DNA of 50,324 nucleotides from Candidatus Dormiibacterota bacterium (GTDB taxonomy: Bacteria > Chloroflexota > Dormibacteria > Aeolococcales > Aeolococcaceae). A program made the translations under genes and the position numbers. Location: the NCBI GenBank assembly GCA_036833315.1, contig DAITPY010000008.1, positions 1-50,324 of the forward strand, read 5' to 3'. The notes beneath the pieces are model-generated. The model was not told the origin of the DNA. It ran no database searches and was given only the letters and a program-made list of their open reading frames with translations. Each line of letters starts with the position of its first letter. The stretch's first letter is position 1. This document shows, piece by piece, positions 19,417-28,477 of the stretch.

Positions 19417-21582
19417 CTACCCCGTGAGTGCCGGAACTCGCGAAACGTTGACCAACGAGCCCTGCACGGTGGTCCCGTGGCCGGGCGACGAGGTGACCTG
19501 CAGCGTTCCGCCAAGCGCATCGAGGCGGTCTTCCATGTTGCTCAACCCCGCACCTCGCTTAACGTTCGCGGCGTCGAAGCCCTGACCATCGTCGCTGACC
19601 TCGAAGTCGACGATCCCGTCCGCCTCACGCACGCGGATCAGCACCTGTGAGGCATGCGCGTATTTCTGGATGTTCTGCAGCGCCTCGAGCACACAGAAGT
19701 ACACCGCAGCCTCAACGTCCTGCGGGTAGCGACCGACTGCGTCCGCCTCGACCGTCACCGGGACTGTCGTCTTGCGCGCCTGCGACTCGAGCGCCACTCG
19801 CAGCCCCTTGTCGGCGAGCAGTGGCGGATAGATGCCGCGGGCGAGATCACGCAGTGTCTCGAGCGCCTCGTCAGCGTCAGACTTCAATTCGTCGAGGGTC
19901 TGCCTGGCCCTCGCCGGGTCGCGGCGCACCAGCATCTCGGCAAGCCCGAGCTTCACCTTGAGCGCCACCAGGTGCTGCTGGGCGCCGTCGTGGAGGTTTC
20001 GCTCCAGGCGCCGGCGCTCCTGGTCCTGAGCCGTCACCAGTCGCTGCCGCGATGCGCGCAATTCCTCGAGGCGCGCCTGGAGGTCGCTGGTCAAGCCGAC
20101 GTTCCTGAGCACCAGACCCGCCTGCCCGGCCAGGTGAGTGAGCAGATTTTCCTCCACCGGCGTGAGCGCCTCGCCGTTGCGTTTGGTCACACCCAGCGCG
20201 CCGAGCAGCTCACCCTGATGACGCACCTCCACCATGCGGCTCGCTCCATCCACAGGAGGCAGCACCCCGTCGCTCGCCGGCACCGGCTGGGCGCGAACCG
20301 CATCGTCAGGCCACACTGCGGCCTCGCGCCAGATGGTGCCGCTGCGCAACCAGATGTCGGCGCGCTGCGCGCCGGTTCCGTCGGCAAGCACCCGCGCCAT
20401 ACGCGGCATGACGTCGTCCACCGCGTACGACTCCGCGACGCGCTCGGAGAACTGCGACAGCACCTCGTATGGCGTGGCGCGCTTCCCGTAGACGAGCCGG
20501 TTCGCCACCCGCTGCACGCGCTCGCGCACGGGTTGGAAACCGACCGCGACGATGGCCGTCGCGACGATCGAGAGTCCGAGGTTCGGCTTACCACCGCCGC
20601 CGATGAGCGCACCGATGCCCACGGCGATACCGACGTACACCGCGGTGATGAACACCGCAAGGGAGCCGTAGACGAGCGTGCGGCTGATAACGATGTCGAT
20701 GTCGTAGAGCCGGTATTTCAGGATCGCGACGCCTGCGGCGACCGGGAGAGCGATGCCGAAGCCGAGGACGATCGCGGCATCGAAGAGCCAGCCAGGCAGG
20801 AGTGTCCCGGAGAGGAGGGTGACGGGCAGCAGCAGCACCGCCGTGACCAGCACCGCGTAGGCAATCCACTTCAATTGCTGCCGTTCGTCACCCTGCGAGC
20901 GGCGCATTCGCAAAAATGGCGCCATCGCTGCGACGATGAGCACTACCACGCCGAGCATCCAGACGACGACGCCCCACGGACTCGTATTGATGTTCGGATT
21001 CACCACGTCGAAAGCCGCAACACCCAGCGGGTTGGGCGGCAGGGGATAGTTCGACCCGCTCGAGGCTCCCGATAGCGGCCCAGGTGCGAGCGCTGAGCCG
21101 ACGCTCAGCCAGACAGCCAGCGCAACCCCGATCACGGCGACCGGCCGCCATCGCCGCGATGGGAGGTGGCCATCGGGGAGCACGAGCAGCGTGATCGCGA
21201 CGATGCCCGAGGGAAACAGGAGTGGCGTCGACGAACTGGCCGCCCACAGCACCCACACCGAACCTGGGAGGTAACCCGGGTGCGTGAGCAGCGCGAACCT
21301 GACGTACTGGTCTCCGACCCCCTGCAGCCCCGAGAAGATCGCGGTGGCCAGGAAGAGCCAGCCGATCGGATTGTGCGGCCGCCGCGCCGCGATCAGCCCG
21401 CCAACCGCCGCGAATCCAAGCGGCAGGACGATGGCGATGGGATCCGCGGCGTCGATGTCCGGGAGATGGCTTCGATTCGCGACCGCCAAGCCGATTGTCG
21501 CCGCGGAGGTCGCCACCGACAATGCCGCCAGGCCGGCGGCGAGCACGGTCGTGCCGGCTCGCGGCGACTCGTCTTCCGGCAT
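19417..21582 (-). CDS. Multi-TM GAF sensor histidine kinase (HisKA_3/NarX-type)
   Basis: N-terminal TM bundle, GAF region, RRRLERNLHDGAQQ H-box, EALQNIQKYA, DDGQGF, GAGL, GHGT. Confidence 0.93.
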   Translation of the reverse strand: MPEDESPRAGTTVLAAGLAALSVATSAATIGLAVANRSHLPDIDAADPIAIVLPLGFAAVGGLIAARRPHNPIGWLFLATAIFSGLQGVGDQYVRFALLTHPGYLPGSVWVLWAASSSTPLLFPSGIVAITLLVLPDGHLPSRRWRPVAVIGVALAVWLSVGSALAPGPLSGASSGSNYPLPPNPLGVAAFDVVNPNINTSPWGVVVWMLGVVVLIVAAMAPFLRMRRSQGDERQQLKWIAYAVLVTAVLLLPVTLLSGTLLPGWLFDAAIVLGFGIALPVAAGVAILKYRLYDIDIVISRTLVYGSLAVFITAVYVGIAVGIGALIGGGGKPNLGLSIVATAIVAVGFQPVRERVQRVANRLVYGKRATPYEVLSQFSERVAESYAVDDVMPRMARVLADGTGAQRADIWLRSGTIWREAAVWPDDAVRAQPVPASDGVLPPVDGASRMVEVRHQGELLGALGVTKRNGEALTPVEENLLTHLAGQAGLVLRNVGLTSDLQARLEELRASRQRLVTAQDQERRRLERNLHDGAQQHLVALKVKLGLAEMLVRRDPARARQTLDELKSDADEALETLRDLARGIYPPLLADKGLRVALESQARKTTVPVTVEADAVGRYPQDVEAAVYFCVLEALQNIQKYAHASQVLIRVREADGIVDFEVSDDGQGFDAANVKRGAGLSNMEDRLDALGGTLQVTSSPGHGTTVQGSLVNVSRVPALTG

Positions 21583-21618
21583 GCGTCAACTCTAGGAACG
21601 ACAGACGGCGTTGCACAT

Positions 21619-21657
21619 GGCGCTAGCACCACCGTCGCGCAGTGGCTGACACCACCG
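21619..21657. promoter_or_regulatory. Candidate response-regulator operator: two imperfect 12-bp palindromes 23 bp apart
   Basis: GGCG-CTAG-CACC (21619) and GTGG-CTGA-CACC (21642), forming the direct repeat GCT(AG/GA)CACCACCG. A similar pair occurs at 22382/22405. Confidence 0.45.
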
Positions 21658-21687
21658 GAGGCCCACTGCCGCTGTCAGCCGGCCAGC

Positions 21688-22353
21688 CTAACCCTGCGCT
21701 GCGAGGTAGACGAGGGCAGCCTTGACCCGCCGGTGCACATCAGGCTCCTCGGAGAGATCGAGCTTGGAGAAGATCGCGTTGATGTGCTTCTCCACGGCTC
21801 GTTCGGTAAGGAAGAGAGCGGCGGCGATGCCCGAGTTGTTGCGGCCCATCGCCACCTGCTGGAGCACGTCGCGCTCGCGCGGCGTCAGCTGTGCGATCGG
21901 CGAGTCGCGCGCGGCGCTCCGAGCCGCGACGAGCACCTCAACCACACGCGGATCGATCACCGACCCGCCGCGAGCGACCTCGCGGACGGCCCCGACCAGC
22001 TGATCGATGTCCGAGACGCGCTCCTTGAGCAGGTAGGCGCGTCCGCTCGCGCCCTTCTCCAGCAACGCGAGCGCGTACTCCGGCTCGGCGTACTGGCTGA
22101 GGACGACGACACCGATGTCAGGACGTTCGGCGCGCAGGCGCTCGGCGGCACGCAGTCCCTCGTCGGTGCCTGTCGGTGGCATTCGGATGTCGGTGATCAC
22201 CACCGCAGGGTTGTGCTCCTCGATCGCGCGTTCGAGCTCGGGGAGGTCGGCACAGGTCGCCAGCAACTCGATCTCATCGGAGGTCTCGAGCAGCTGGCGG
22301 ATCCCCTCGCGGAGCAGGTAGTTGTCCTCGGCAAGGACCACGCGGAACGGCAC
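21688..22353 (-). CDS. NarL/LuxR-family response regulator
   Basis: VLAEDN, TDIRMPP, YLLK, LTPRERDVL...IFSKL; start GTG 22353 (TATTCT-N6). Confidence 0.95.
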   Translation of the reverse strand: MPFRVVLAEDNYLLREGIRQLLETSDEIELLATCADLPELERAIEEHNPAVVITDIRMPPTGTDEGLRAAERLRAERPDIGVVVLSQYAEPEYALALLEKGASGRAYLLKERVSDIDQLVGAVREVARGGSVIDPRVVEVLVAARSAARDSPIAQLTPRERDVLQQVAMGRNNSGIAAALFLTERAVEKHINAIFSKLDLSEEPDVHRRVKAALVYLAAQG

Positions 22354-22458
22354 GCGTTGAGAATAGGCGAGCGAACCGGCGGGTGCCTGCCCCACCGCCG
22401 ATGTGGGGCGAGCACACTTGTCGGCTCGGCGAGACCGGGTTACCGTGGAGCCGTTGCA

Positions 22459-22842
22459 ATGAGTGTTCGAGTGCTGATCGTGGACGATCAAGCCCCTTTC
22501 CGCGACGTCGCCAGGACCGTCGTCGAGCTGACCGACGGCTTCGAGGTGGTCGGGGAGGTCGAGACCGGCGAGGCGTCGGTCGCGTCCGCCCGTGAGCTTC
22601 GCCCCGACCTCGTGCTCATGGACGTGAACCTGCCCGGCATCAGCGGCCTCGAAGCAACCAAGGAGATCCTCGCCGAGGTCGCCGAAGCCAGGCCGGTTGT
22701 CGTGCTGGTGTTGTCGACGTACGAGGCCGACGAGTACGCGCCGCGCGCGGCCGAGGCCGGCGCCGCAGGGTTCATCTCCAAGTCCGATTTCAGCCCCGAC
22801 CGGCTCGCCGAGGCATGGGCCGCGGCGACCGCCACCGCGTAG
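22459..22842 (+). CDS. Stand-alone receiver-domain response regulator
   Basis: LIVDDQ, LMDVNLPGISG, LST, FISK; no output domain; SD GGAG. Confidence 0.92.
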   Translation: MSVRVLIVDDQAPFRDVARTVVELTDGFEVVGEVETGEASVASARELRPDLVLMDVNLPGISGLEATKEILAEVAEARPVVVLVLSTYEADEYAPRAAEAGAAGFISKSDFSPDRLAEAWAAATATA

Positions 22843-22851
22843 GCGACGACG

Positions 22852-24192
22852 TCAGACTGCTGTCACAGTTGCGCTGGCTCGCGTCGCCGCGCCGACCCGG
22901 TAGGCGCCGACCGGAGCCTGGCGCCCCTTGACCAGCGCGGGCTCGATCCGCTCCGCATCCGGCCGCTCGACCAATGCGTCGTAGGTCGGCTCGCTCAGCA
23001 CCGTCTGCCCGCCCTCGCCCCACTGCTGCAGACGCTGCGCAAGGTTGACCGCGTCACCGACGACGGAGTACTCGAGCCGCTCCTCGGAGCCGAGCAGTGC
23101 CGCGGCGACGTCACCTGTCGAGAGGCCGATACCGAGGTAAAAGGGCGGGAGTCCGCGCGCGGCCCAGCGTTCGTTCACCGCGTTCTGGGCGGCGTGCATC
23201 GCCAGCGCCGACGCGAGCGCGCGTTGCGCATGGTCGGGCTGGGGGAACGGCGCACCGAACACCGCCATCACCGCGTCACCGACGAACTGCATCACCGTCC
23301 CACCCTCGGCGAGCAGCGCGTGGTTCATCGCCGCGCGGTGCTCATTGAGCTGACCGGCGAGCACCGACGGATCCGCCGCCTCGGCGATCGTGGAGTACGC
23401 CCGGATGTCGGACATGAGCACGGTGACGGTCAGCCGTTCGGTCTTTCCCGGCTCCACGCCGTGTTCGCGCATCTGCTGGGCGATGCCGCCCGGCAACATG
23501 CGGCTCAGGCTCTCACCCTGTTCCTCGCGATCGATGATCACCTTGTGGAGGAGTCGCAGGCGCTCGAGCGCACCCTGCGTTCCCGCACTTGCCTGCTGCG
23601 CGAGCTTGAGAAAGAGCTGCTCGACGTCGTCGGCGACCGATGTCGGCGTGGAATGCAACGCCGCCGCTATGGCCTTGATCGGCTTCCCCTCGGCGACCAT
23701 CCGCAGCAGCCGCTCCTCGATCACGGTGAGCCCACCTGCATCACTGACCGGCTTGGTGAGCGCTTCCACGATGCGGGGGTCGAGCATCGAGCCGCCGGTG
23801 CTGACTTCGCGAACCGCCCGCGCCAACTGATCACCGTCGCCGACGCGGTCCTTCAGGAGATACGCGTATCCCGCCGCGCCCTCGCTGAGCAGGGCGATGG
23901 CGTACTCGGGCTCGTCGAACTGCGAGAGGATGACCACGCCGGTTCCCGGATGCAGCTTGCGCACGATTCGCGCGGCTCGAATTCCCTCGTCGGTGAAGTT
24001 GGGTGGCATGCGAATATCGGTGACCACCACCTGGGGAACGTGCTCGGCGGCGCCGGCGAGGAGCTCGTCAAAGTCGCCTGCAACGCCGACCACCTCGACG
24101 TCGCCGGAGATGGCGAGCAGAGCGCGAACGCCTTCGCGGACAATCAGGTTGTCGTCGGCAAGCACGACGCGGATCACCGGCTCAGTGGGCAC
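22852..24192 (-). CDS. Receiver - degenerate LuxR HTH - class III nucleotide cyclase fusion
   Basis: REC (LADDN, TDIRMPP); cyclase motifs LMSDIRAYST, MQFVGDAVM, YSVVGDAVNLAQRL. Confidence 0.92.
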   Translation of the reverse strand: MPTEPVIRVVLADDNLIVREGVRALLAISGDVEVVGVAGDFDELLAGAAEHVPQVVVTDIRMPPNFTDEGIRAARIVRKLHPGTGVVILSQFDEPEYAIALLSEGAAGYAYLLKDRVGDGDQLARAVREVSTGGSMLDPRIVEALTKPVSDAGGLTVIEERLLRMVAEGKPIKAIAAALHSTPTSVADDVEQLFLKLAQQASAGTQGALERLRLLHKVIIDREEQGESLSRMLPGGIAQQMREHGVEPGKTERLTVTVLMSDIRAYSTIAEAADPSVLAGQLNEHRAAMNHALLAEGGTVMQFVGDAVMAVFGAPFPQPDHAQRALASALAMHAAQNAVNERWAARGLPPFYLGIGLSTGDVAAALLGSEERLEYSVVGDAVNLAQRLQQWGEGGQTVLSEPTYDALVERPDAERIEPALVKGRQAPVGAYRVGAATRASATVTAV

Positions 24193-24338
24193 GCGCCTAC
24201 TCTAGTCAACGAGGCGGAGAACGAAATGAGGCTGCCACCACGATCCGCGGGGGTGATCCTCACTCTGACTTGTGGTCCGGGCACCCTCGACCCGCCCCCG
24301 CCCGGGAACGATCATCTCGGTCGCACGGAGGAAATGAC

Positions 24339-25340
24339 ATGCGCATCCAGTCGTCGGTGACATCGATCTCCTGGATCCCGTCGGAGGCGATCCAAGGGCT
24401 GATCAAAATGCCGTTCGAAATGGGCATGGCCCACTACGACGATCCCCCGCCCGACCACATCGACTCACTCGAAGCCCTTCGAGCGGCAGACCGCTTCCGC
24501 TTCGCCAATCACCTCAGCGCCTGGATCGAGGTGGATGGCGGACGCATCACCGGTGCCGGACAGGATGGTCATGGCCATATCGGCTCGACGACGTTCCGCC
24601 TCGGCAGCCGTGGGATGACCTTTGTCGGGGTTCCGTTGCCAGACCGGCAACCGGCGCCCGTGAGCGGCGACGGCTGGGTGCGCTTCACACAGACCGCCGG
24701 CGGGCGCACCGGCGCGCCCATGCCTCGCAAGGTGAACCGGCCGCCCTTCGTCCAGCTTGCAGCGCCGATCGCATGGACGACGCTGACGCTCACGATCTTC
24801 GCTGATGGTTCGTCGTCGCAGGACCTCGACGGGGCGAGTCAGTTTCCCCGCCACTGGATCTACGACGGCGAACAGAACCTGTGCCTGAAGTCGGGTCTGG
24901 TCGACTTCAAGCGCTGGTCTCAAAATGCGTTCGGCGCCAAAACTCCGTGGGGCGATGAGGATTCCCCCGCTCTGGTCACCGAGGTCGAGACCGCGCTGGA
25001 GCGCGACCTTTCCCTGCGGATCATGCGCGGAGGCGCCAAGCCGCGGATCGAGACCGTCAAGCAAGGTGTCGCACTCGTCGAACAGGGCGCAGAGGGCACT
25101 GACATGTACGTGCTCCTCGACGGCGTGCTCTCGGTCGAGGTCGACGGTGCGGCGGTTGCGCAGGTCGGTCCCGGCGCCGTGCTCGGCGAGCGTGCGCTCA
25201 TCGAGGGCGGCCGGCGAACAGCAACACTTCGTGCGCTGACCACCTGCAAGGTCGCCGCTGCCTCAGGCGCTGACCTGGCTCCGGACCTGCTCAGTGAGCT
25301 GGCTGCGGGGCATCGCCGCGAAGGGGATCGGGCCGTCTGA
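24339..25340 (+). CDS. Protein with an uncharacterised N-terminal domain and a C-terminal cNMP-binding domain
   Basis: EQGAEGTDMYVLLDGVLSV...GPGAVLGERALIEGGRRTATLRA; SD GGAGG before ATG 24339. Confidence 0.88.
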   Translation: MRIQSSVTSISWIPSEAIQGLIKMPFEMGMAHYDDPPPDHIDSLEALRAADRFRFANHLSAWIEVDGGRITGAGQDGHGHIGSTTFRLGSRGMTFVGVPLPDRQPAPVSGDGWVRFTQTAGGRTGAPMPRKVNRPPFVQLAAPIAWTTLTLTIFADGSSSQDLDGASQFPRHWIYDGEQNLCLKSGLVDFKRWSQNAFGAKTPWGDEDSPALVTEVETALERDLSLRIMRGGAKPRIETVKQGVALVEQGAEGTDMYVLLDGVLSVEVDGAAVAQVGPGAVLGERALIEGGRRTATLRALTTCKVAAASGADLAPDLLSELAAGHRREGDRAV

Positions 25341-26139
25341 TCGCGGCGATCACCCGATCCATGACGACCTCCGGCGAAAAGGTCGCCACCTCAACGCGGC
25401 GTCCGGCGAGCAGCCAGTCGAGCTCGTCGGGTTTGAGCAATGAGCTGAGATCTCGAGGGAGGCGGGCCGGTGCGCCCTCGAGGACCTGCTGCAACGGGCC
25501 GTCGACCTCCGAGGGTCGCAGGCCGGCGTCGTCCGCCGCGATTCCCGAGTCACGGAGGTCGAGCACCAGGGCACAACCTCGCGGCGACGCGTCGTGGAGC
25601 GCGATCGCCTTGCCGGACGTGATCGCCACCTCGCCGTCCGGCGCGGCGACGACGGTTGTTCCGCTGAGCTCGGCCCGGTCGAGATTGGCGGCAACCATGC
25701 TCGCGGTGTCTCGGGTGTCGCAGATGACCGTGGCGGTGTGCGCGGCAGCGTCCGGCTGAGCTGGAAGCGGGGCGCTCGGATCGATGAGCCCGGGCAGGTC
25801 GAGATCGCCGAAGCGACCGCGAAATTCGTCGAACGAGAGCGCGAGCAGACGTCCGGTGAGTGCGGGGCGGCGCAGACGCCCGAATACCCCGGCGAGCGCA
25901 AGGGCAGCGCCCAGCGAGACCAACAGCACGAACGCGACCTTGATGCCGATGAGGATGAGCCCGATGAGCACGAGCAGCACGCCGAAGCCGATCTCGCCGT
26001 TCGCCGCGGCGTTCGACGGAGGGATTTCCGCGCGGGCGCAGGTCGCGTAGTACAGCTGGCGTTGCGTATAGCGCCATCCGTCGGCTGCGAGCCGGGTGGC
26101 GGAGTCCTCCACGAGTGACTGAGTGACGGGCAGCGCCAT
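25291..26139 (-). CDS. Hypothetical membrane protein with Topo VI-A/Spo11-like motifs
   Basis: YTQRQLYY, TM hairpin, HDASPRG, RVEVATFSP; start ATG 26139. Confidence 0.6.
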   Translation of the reverse strand: MALPVTQSLVEDSATRLAADGWRYTQRQLYYATCARAEIPPSNAAANGEIGFGVLLVLIGLILIGIKVAFVLLVSLGAALALAGVFGRLRRPALTGRLLALSFDEFRGRFGDLDLPGLIDPSAPLPAQPDAAAHTATVICDTRDTASMVAANLDRAELSGTTVVAAPDGEVAITSGKAIALHDASPRGCALVLDLRDSGIAADDAGLRPSEVDGPLQQVLEGAPARLPRDLSSLLKPDELDWLLAGRRVEVATFSPEVVMDRVIAAIRRPDPLRGDAPQPAH

Positions 26140-26200
26140 CGCATGGAGTGTTGCATGTCGGCGAGTTCGTGCCCGGGAGACGCCGAGATATGCTGCGGCC

Positions 26201-27910
26201 ATGATCACCGGTCGGGAGGCGTCGCCGTCCGAAGCGGTGGAGGGAGCCGAACCGGATTTCGCGCAAGCGCTGCTCGAGTGGGAAGCTCGCCGCCTCGACC
26301 CGGCCCGCCGGAGCGGCGAACGAAAGGAGCAGTTCGAGACCGGCAGCGGCATTCCTGTCGGTCCCCTCTACACTTCCGCCGACCTGAGGGGCCACGACGC
26401 GCTCCGCGACGAAGGCTTCCCCGGCGAACCACCCTTCACCCGCGGCATCCAGCCGACGATGTACCGCGGCCGGCTCTGGAGCATCCGTCAGTACGCGGGC
26501 TTCGGCACCGCGGCCGACGCCAACGCGCGCTTCCGCTATCTGCTCGCCCAGGGGCAGCCCGGTCTCTCGGTCGCGTTCGATCTGCCCACCCAGATGGGCC
26601 TCGACAGCGACGATCCTCGCAGCGCCGGCGAGGTCGGTCAGGTCGGCGTCGCCATCGACTCCGTGCGCGACATGGAGGACCTCTTCGAAGGGATCCCGCT
26701 GAGCGCGGTGAGCACCTCGATGACCATCAACGCCCCTGCTCCCGTGCTCGTTGCCATGTACGTGGTCGCGGGGGAACGTCAGGGCCTCGACGCCGCATCG
26801 ATCATGGGGACCGTCCAGAACGATGTCCTCAAGGAGTACATCGCGCGAGGCACGTTCATCTATCCGCCGCAGCCATCGCTGCGGCTCGCCGCGGATCTGA
26901 TCGCGTGGTGCACGGTCAACGCACCGAAGTTCAACCCGATCTCGCTGTCGGGGTATCACATTCGCGAAGCCGGGAGCACCGCGGCGCAGGAGATGGCCTT
27001 CGCGATCGCCAACGCGTGCGCGTACGTGCAGGCGGCGGTCGACCACGGTGTCGATGTCGACGACTTCGCCCCCAAGCTCTCGTGGATCTTCAACACCCAC
27101 ATCGACTTCTTCGAGGAGATCGCCAAGTATCGTGCGCTGCGTCGGATGTGGGCGAGGATCATGGCGGATCGCTTCGCCGCGCGCGATCCGCGCTCGCTGA
27201 TGCTGCGCACGCACTCGCAGACCGGCGGCTCGACGCTCACCGCGCAGCAGCCCGAGAACAACATCGTCCGTGCAGCTGTCGAGGCGCTCGCGGCGGTCCT
27301 CGGTGGGGTGCAGTCGCTCGCACTCTCCTGCTACGACGAGGCGCTCTCCATACCGACGGAGAAAGCGCAACGCATCGCCGTGCGCACCCAGCAGATCCTC
27401 GCCGAGGAGACCGGCGTCACCAATACAGTCGACCCGATGGCGGGTTCGTACCACGTCGAGTGGCTCACCGATGAGCTCGAGCGTCGAGCCCAGGCATTGC
27501 TCGACGAGGTCGACGCGCGCGGCGGGGCAGTGGCATGCATCGAGTCCGGCTGGATGCAGGAGCTCATCCAGGACGAGGCGTATCGCACCGAGCAGGCGAT
27601 CGCCGCCGGCGACAAGGTGATCGTCGGTGTGAACCGCCACACCGAGACCGAGGAGGTGGGCGCGCCGCTCCTCTTCAGGCCTGATCTTCGGGTGATCGCC
27701 GAGCAGGAGCAGCGGCTCGCCGCACACCGGGCGCACCGCGATGCCGCATCCGTCGATGCCGCGCTGGGCGCCGTACGGAACGCCGCGACGTCGGACCAGT
27801 CGCTGATGCCGCGCATCGTCGACGCGGTGCGCGCCGAGGCGACGCTCGGCGAGATCTGCGGCGCGTTGCGGACCGTGTTCGGCGAGTATCACCCGCCGGC
27901 CACGATCTGA
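26201..27910 (+). CDS. Methylmalonyl-CoA mutase, substrate-binding (N-terminal) subunit of a split enzyme
   Basis: RQYAGFG (Tyr), QNDVLKEYIARGT (Arg), SGYHIREAG; no B12-binding DxHxxG domain; start ATG 26201 (TATGCT-N6). Confidence 0.92.
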   Translation: MITGREASPSEAVEGAEPDFAQALLEWEARRLDPARRSGERKEQFETGSGIPVGPLYTSADLRGHDALRDEGFPGEPPFTRGIQPTMYRGRLWSIRQYAGFGTAADANARFRYLLAQGQPGLSVAFDLPTQMGLDSDDPRSAGEVGQVGVAIDSVRDMEDLFEGIPLSAVSTSMTINAPAPVLVAMYVVAGERQGLDAASIMGTVQNDVLKEYIARGTFIYPPQPSLRLAADLIAWCTVNAPKFNPISLSGYHIREAGSTAAQEMAFAIANACAYVQAAVDHGVDVDDFAPKLSWIFNTHIDFFEEIAKYRALRRMWARIMADRFAARDPRSLMLRTHSQTGGSTLTAQQPENNIVRAAVEALAAVLGGVQSLALSCYDEALSIPTEKAQRIAVRTQQILAEETGVTNTVDPMAGSYHVEWLTDELERRAQALLDEVDARGGAVACIESGWMQELIQDEAYRTEQAIAAGDKVIVGVNRHTETEEVGAPLLFRPDLRVIAEQEQRLAAHRAHRDAASVDAALGAVRNAATSDQSLMPRIVDAVRAEATLGEICGALRTVFGEYHPPATI

Positions 27911-27916
27911 CAGCGA

Positions 27917-28396
27917 GTGTTGTCTGCGGTCAGACGTTGGATCAGCGCGAATCCACGAACGGTGTTCCTGGTGGTCGCGGGATTGGTGATCCTCGGGATC
28001 TTTCTCTCGGTCATCTCGCCGCTCTTCGCGACCTCGGGACCGACGATGGCCATCATCGGCGGCAGCCTTCCCACCACCGCCACCGCGCACCGGCAGCTCG
28101 AGATCGACCTCGCGATCGACAACGTCGGTGACCCCATCATCGGTAGGCTCTGCGTCGGAGCGCTCGTCCAGGGCCCGCTGACTCCGAAGGACGCGATCTT
28201 TCAGAACATCGACAAGGAGCCCTTCGTGGACGGCAGGGCATGCGGCGGCTCGTTGAGCAGCCAGGAGTCGATCAGCGTGCAGCTCTTCTTTGCGGCCGGG
28301 GCCGCCGGCACCGCGCAGCTGGTGCTCTCGCCCATGAACGGGACCGCGACGATCGGGGCCGCACTCACAGGGTCGGTGTCAGTAGCCGGCCCCTGA
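27917..28396 (+). CDS. Hypothetical membrane-anchored protein
   Basis: N-terminal hydrophobic helix followed by a beta-rich domain with two Cys; starts 6 bp after the mutase stop. Confidence 0.6.
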   Translation: MLSAVRRWISANPRTVFLVVAGLVILGIFLSVISPLFATSGPTMAIIGGSLPTTATAHRQLEIDLAIDNVGDPIIGRLCVGALVQGPLTPKDAIFQNIDKEPFVDGRACGGSLSSQESISVQLFFAAGAAGTAQLVLSPMNGTATIGAALTGSVSVAGP

Positions 28397-28477
28397 CCTC
28401 GGAGGAGTTGGATACAACCCTGTCACGCCGGTCATTTTGGTGGGATTGCGCCGTTTACGCTGTGGCTCGAGAGGGTT

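Noticed and set aside
26201-27910. Isobutyryl-, ethylmalonyl- or hydroxyisobutyryl-CoA mutase; cobalamin riboswitch upstream
   Set aside because: RQYAGF Tyr and ARGT Arg indicate methylmalonyl specificity; the 61-bp upstream gap is too short for a riboswitch.
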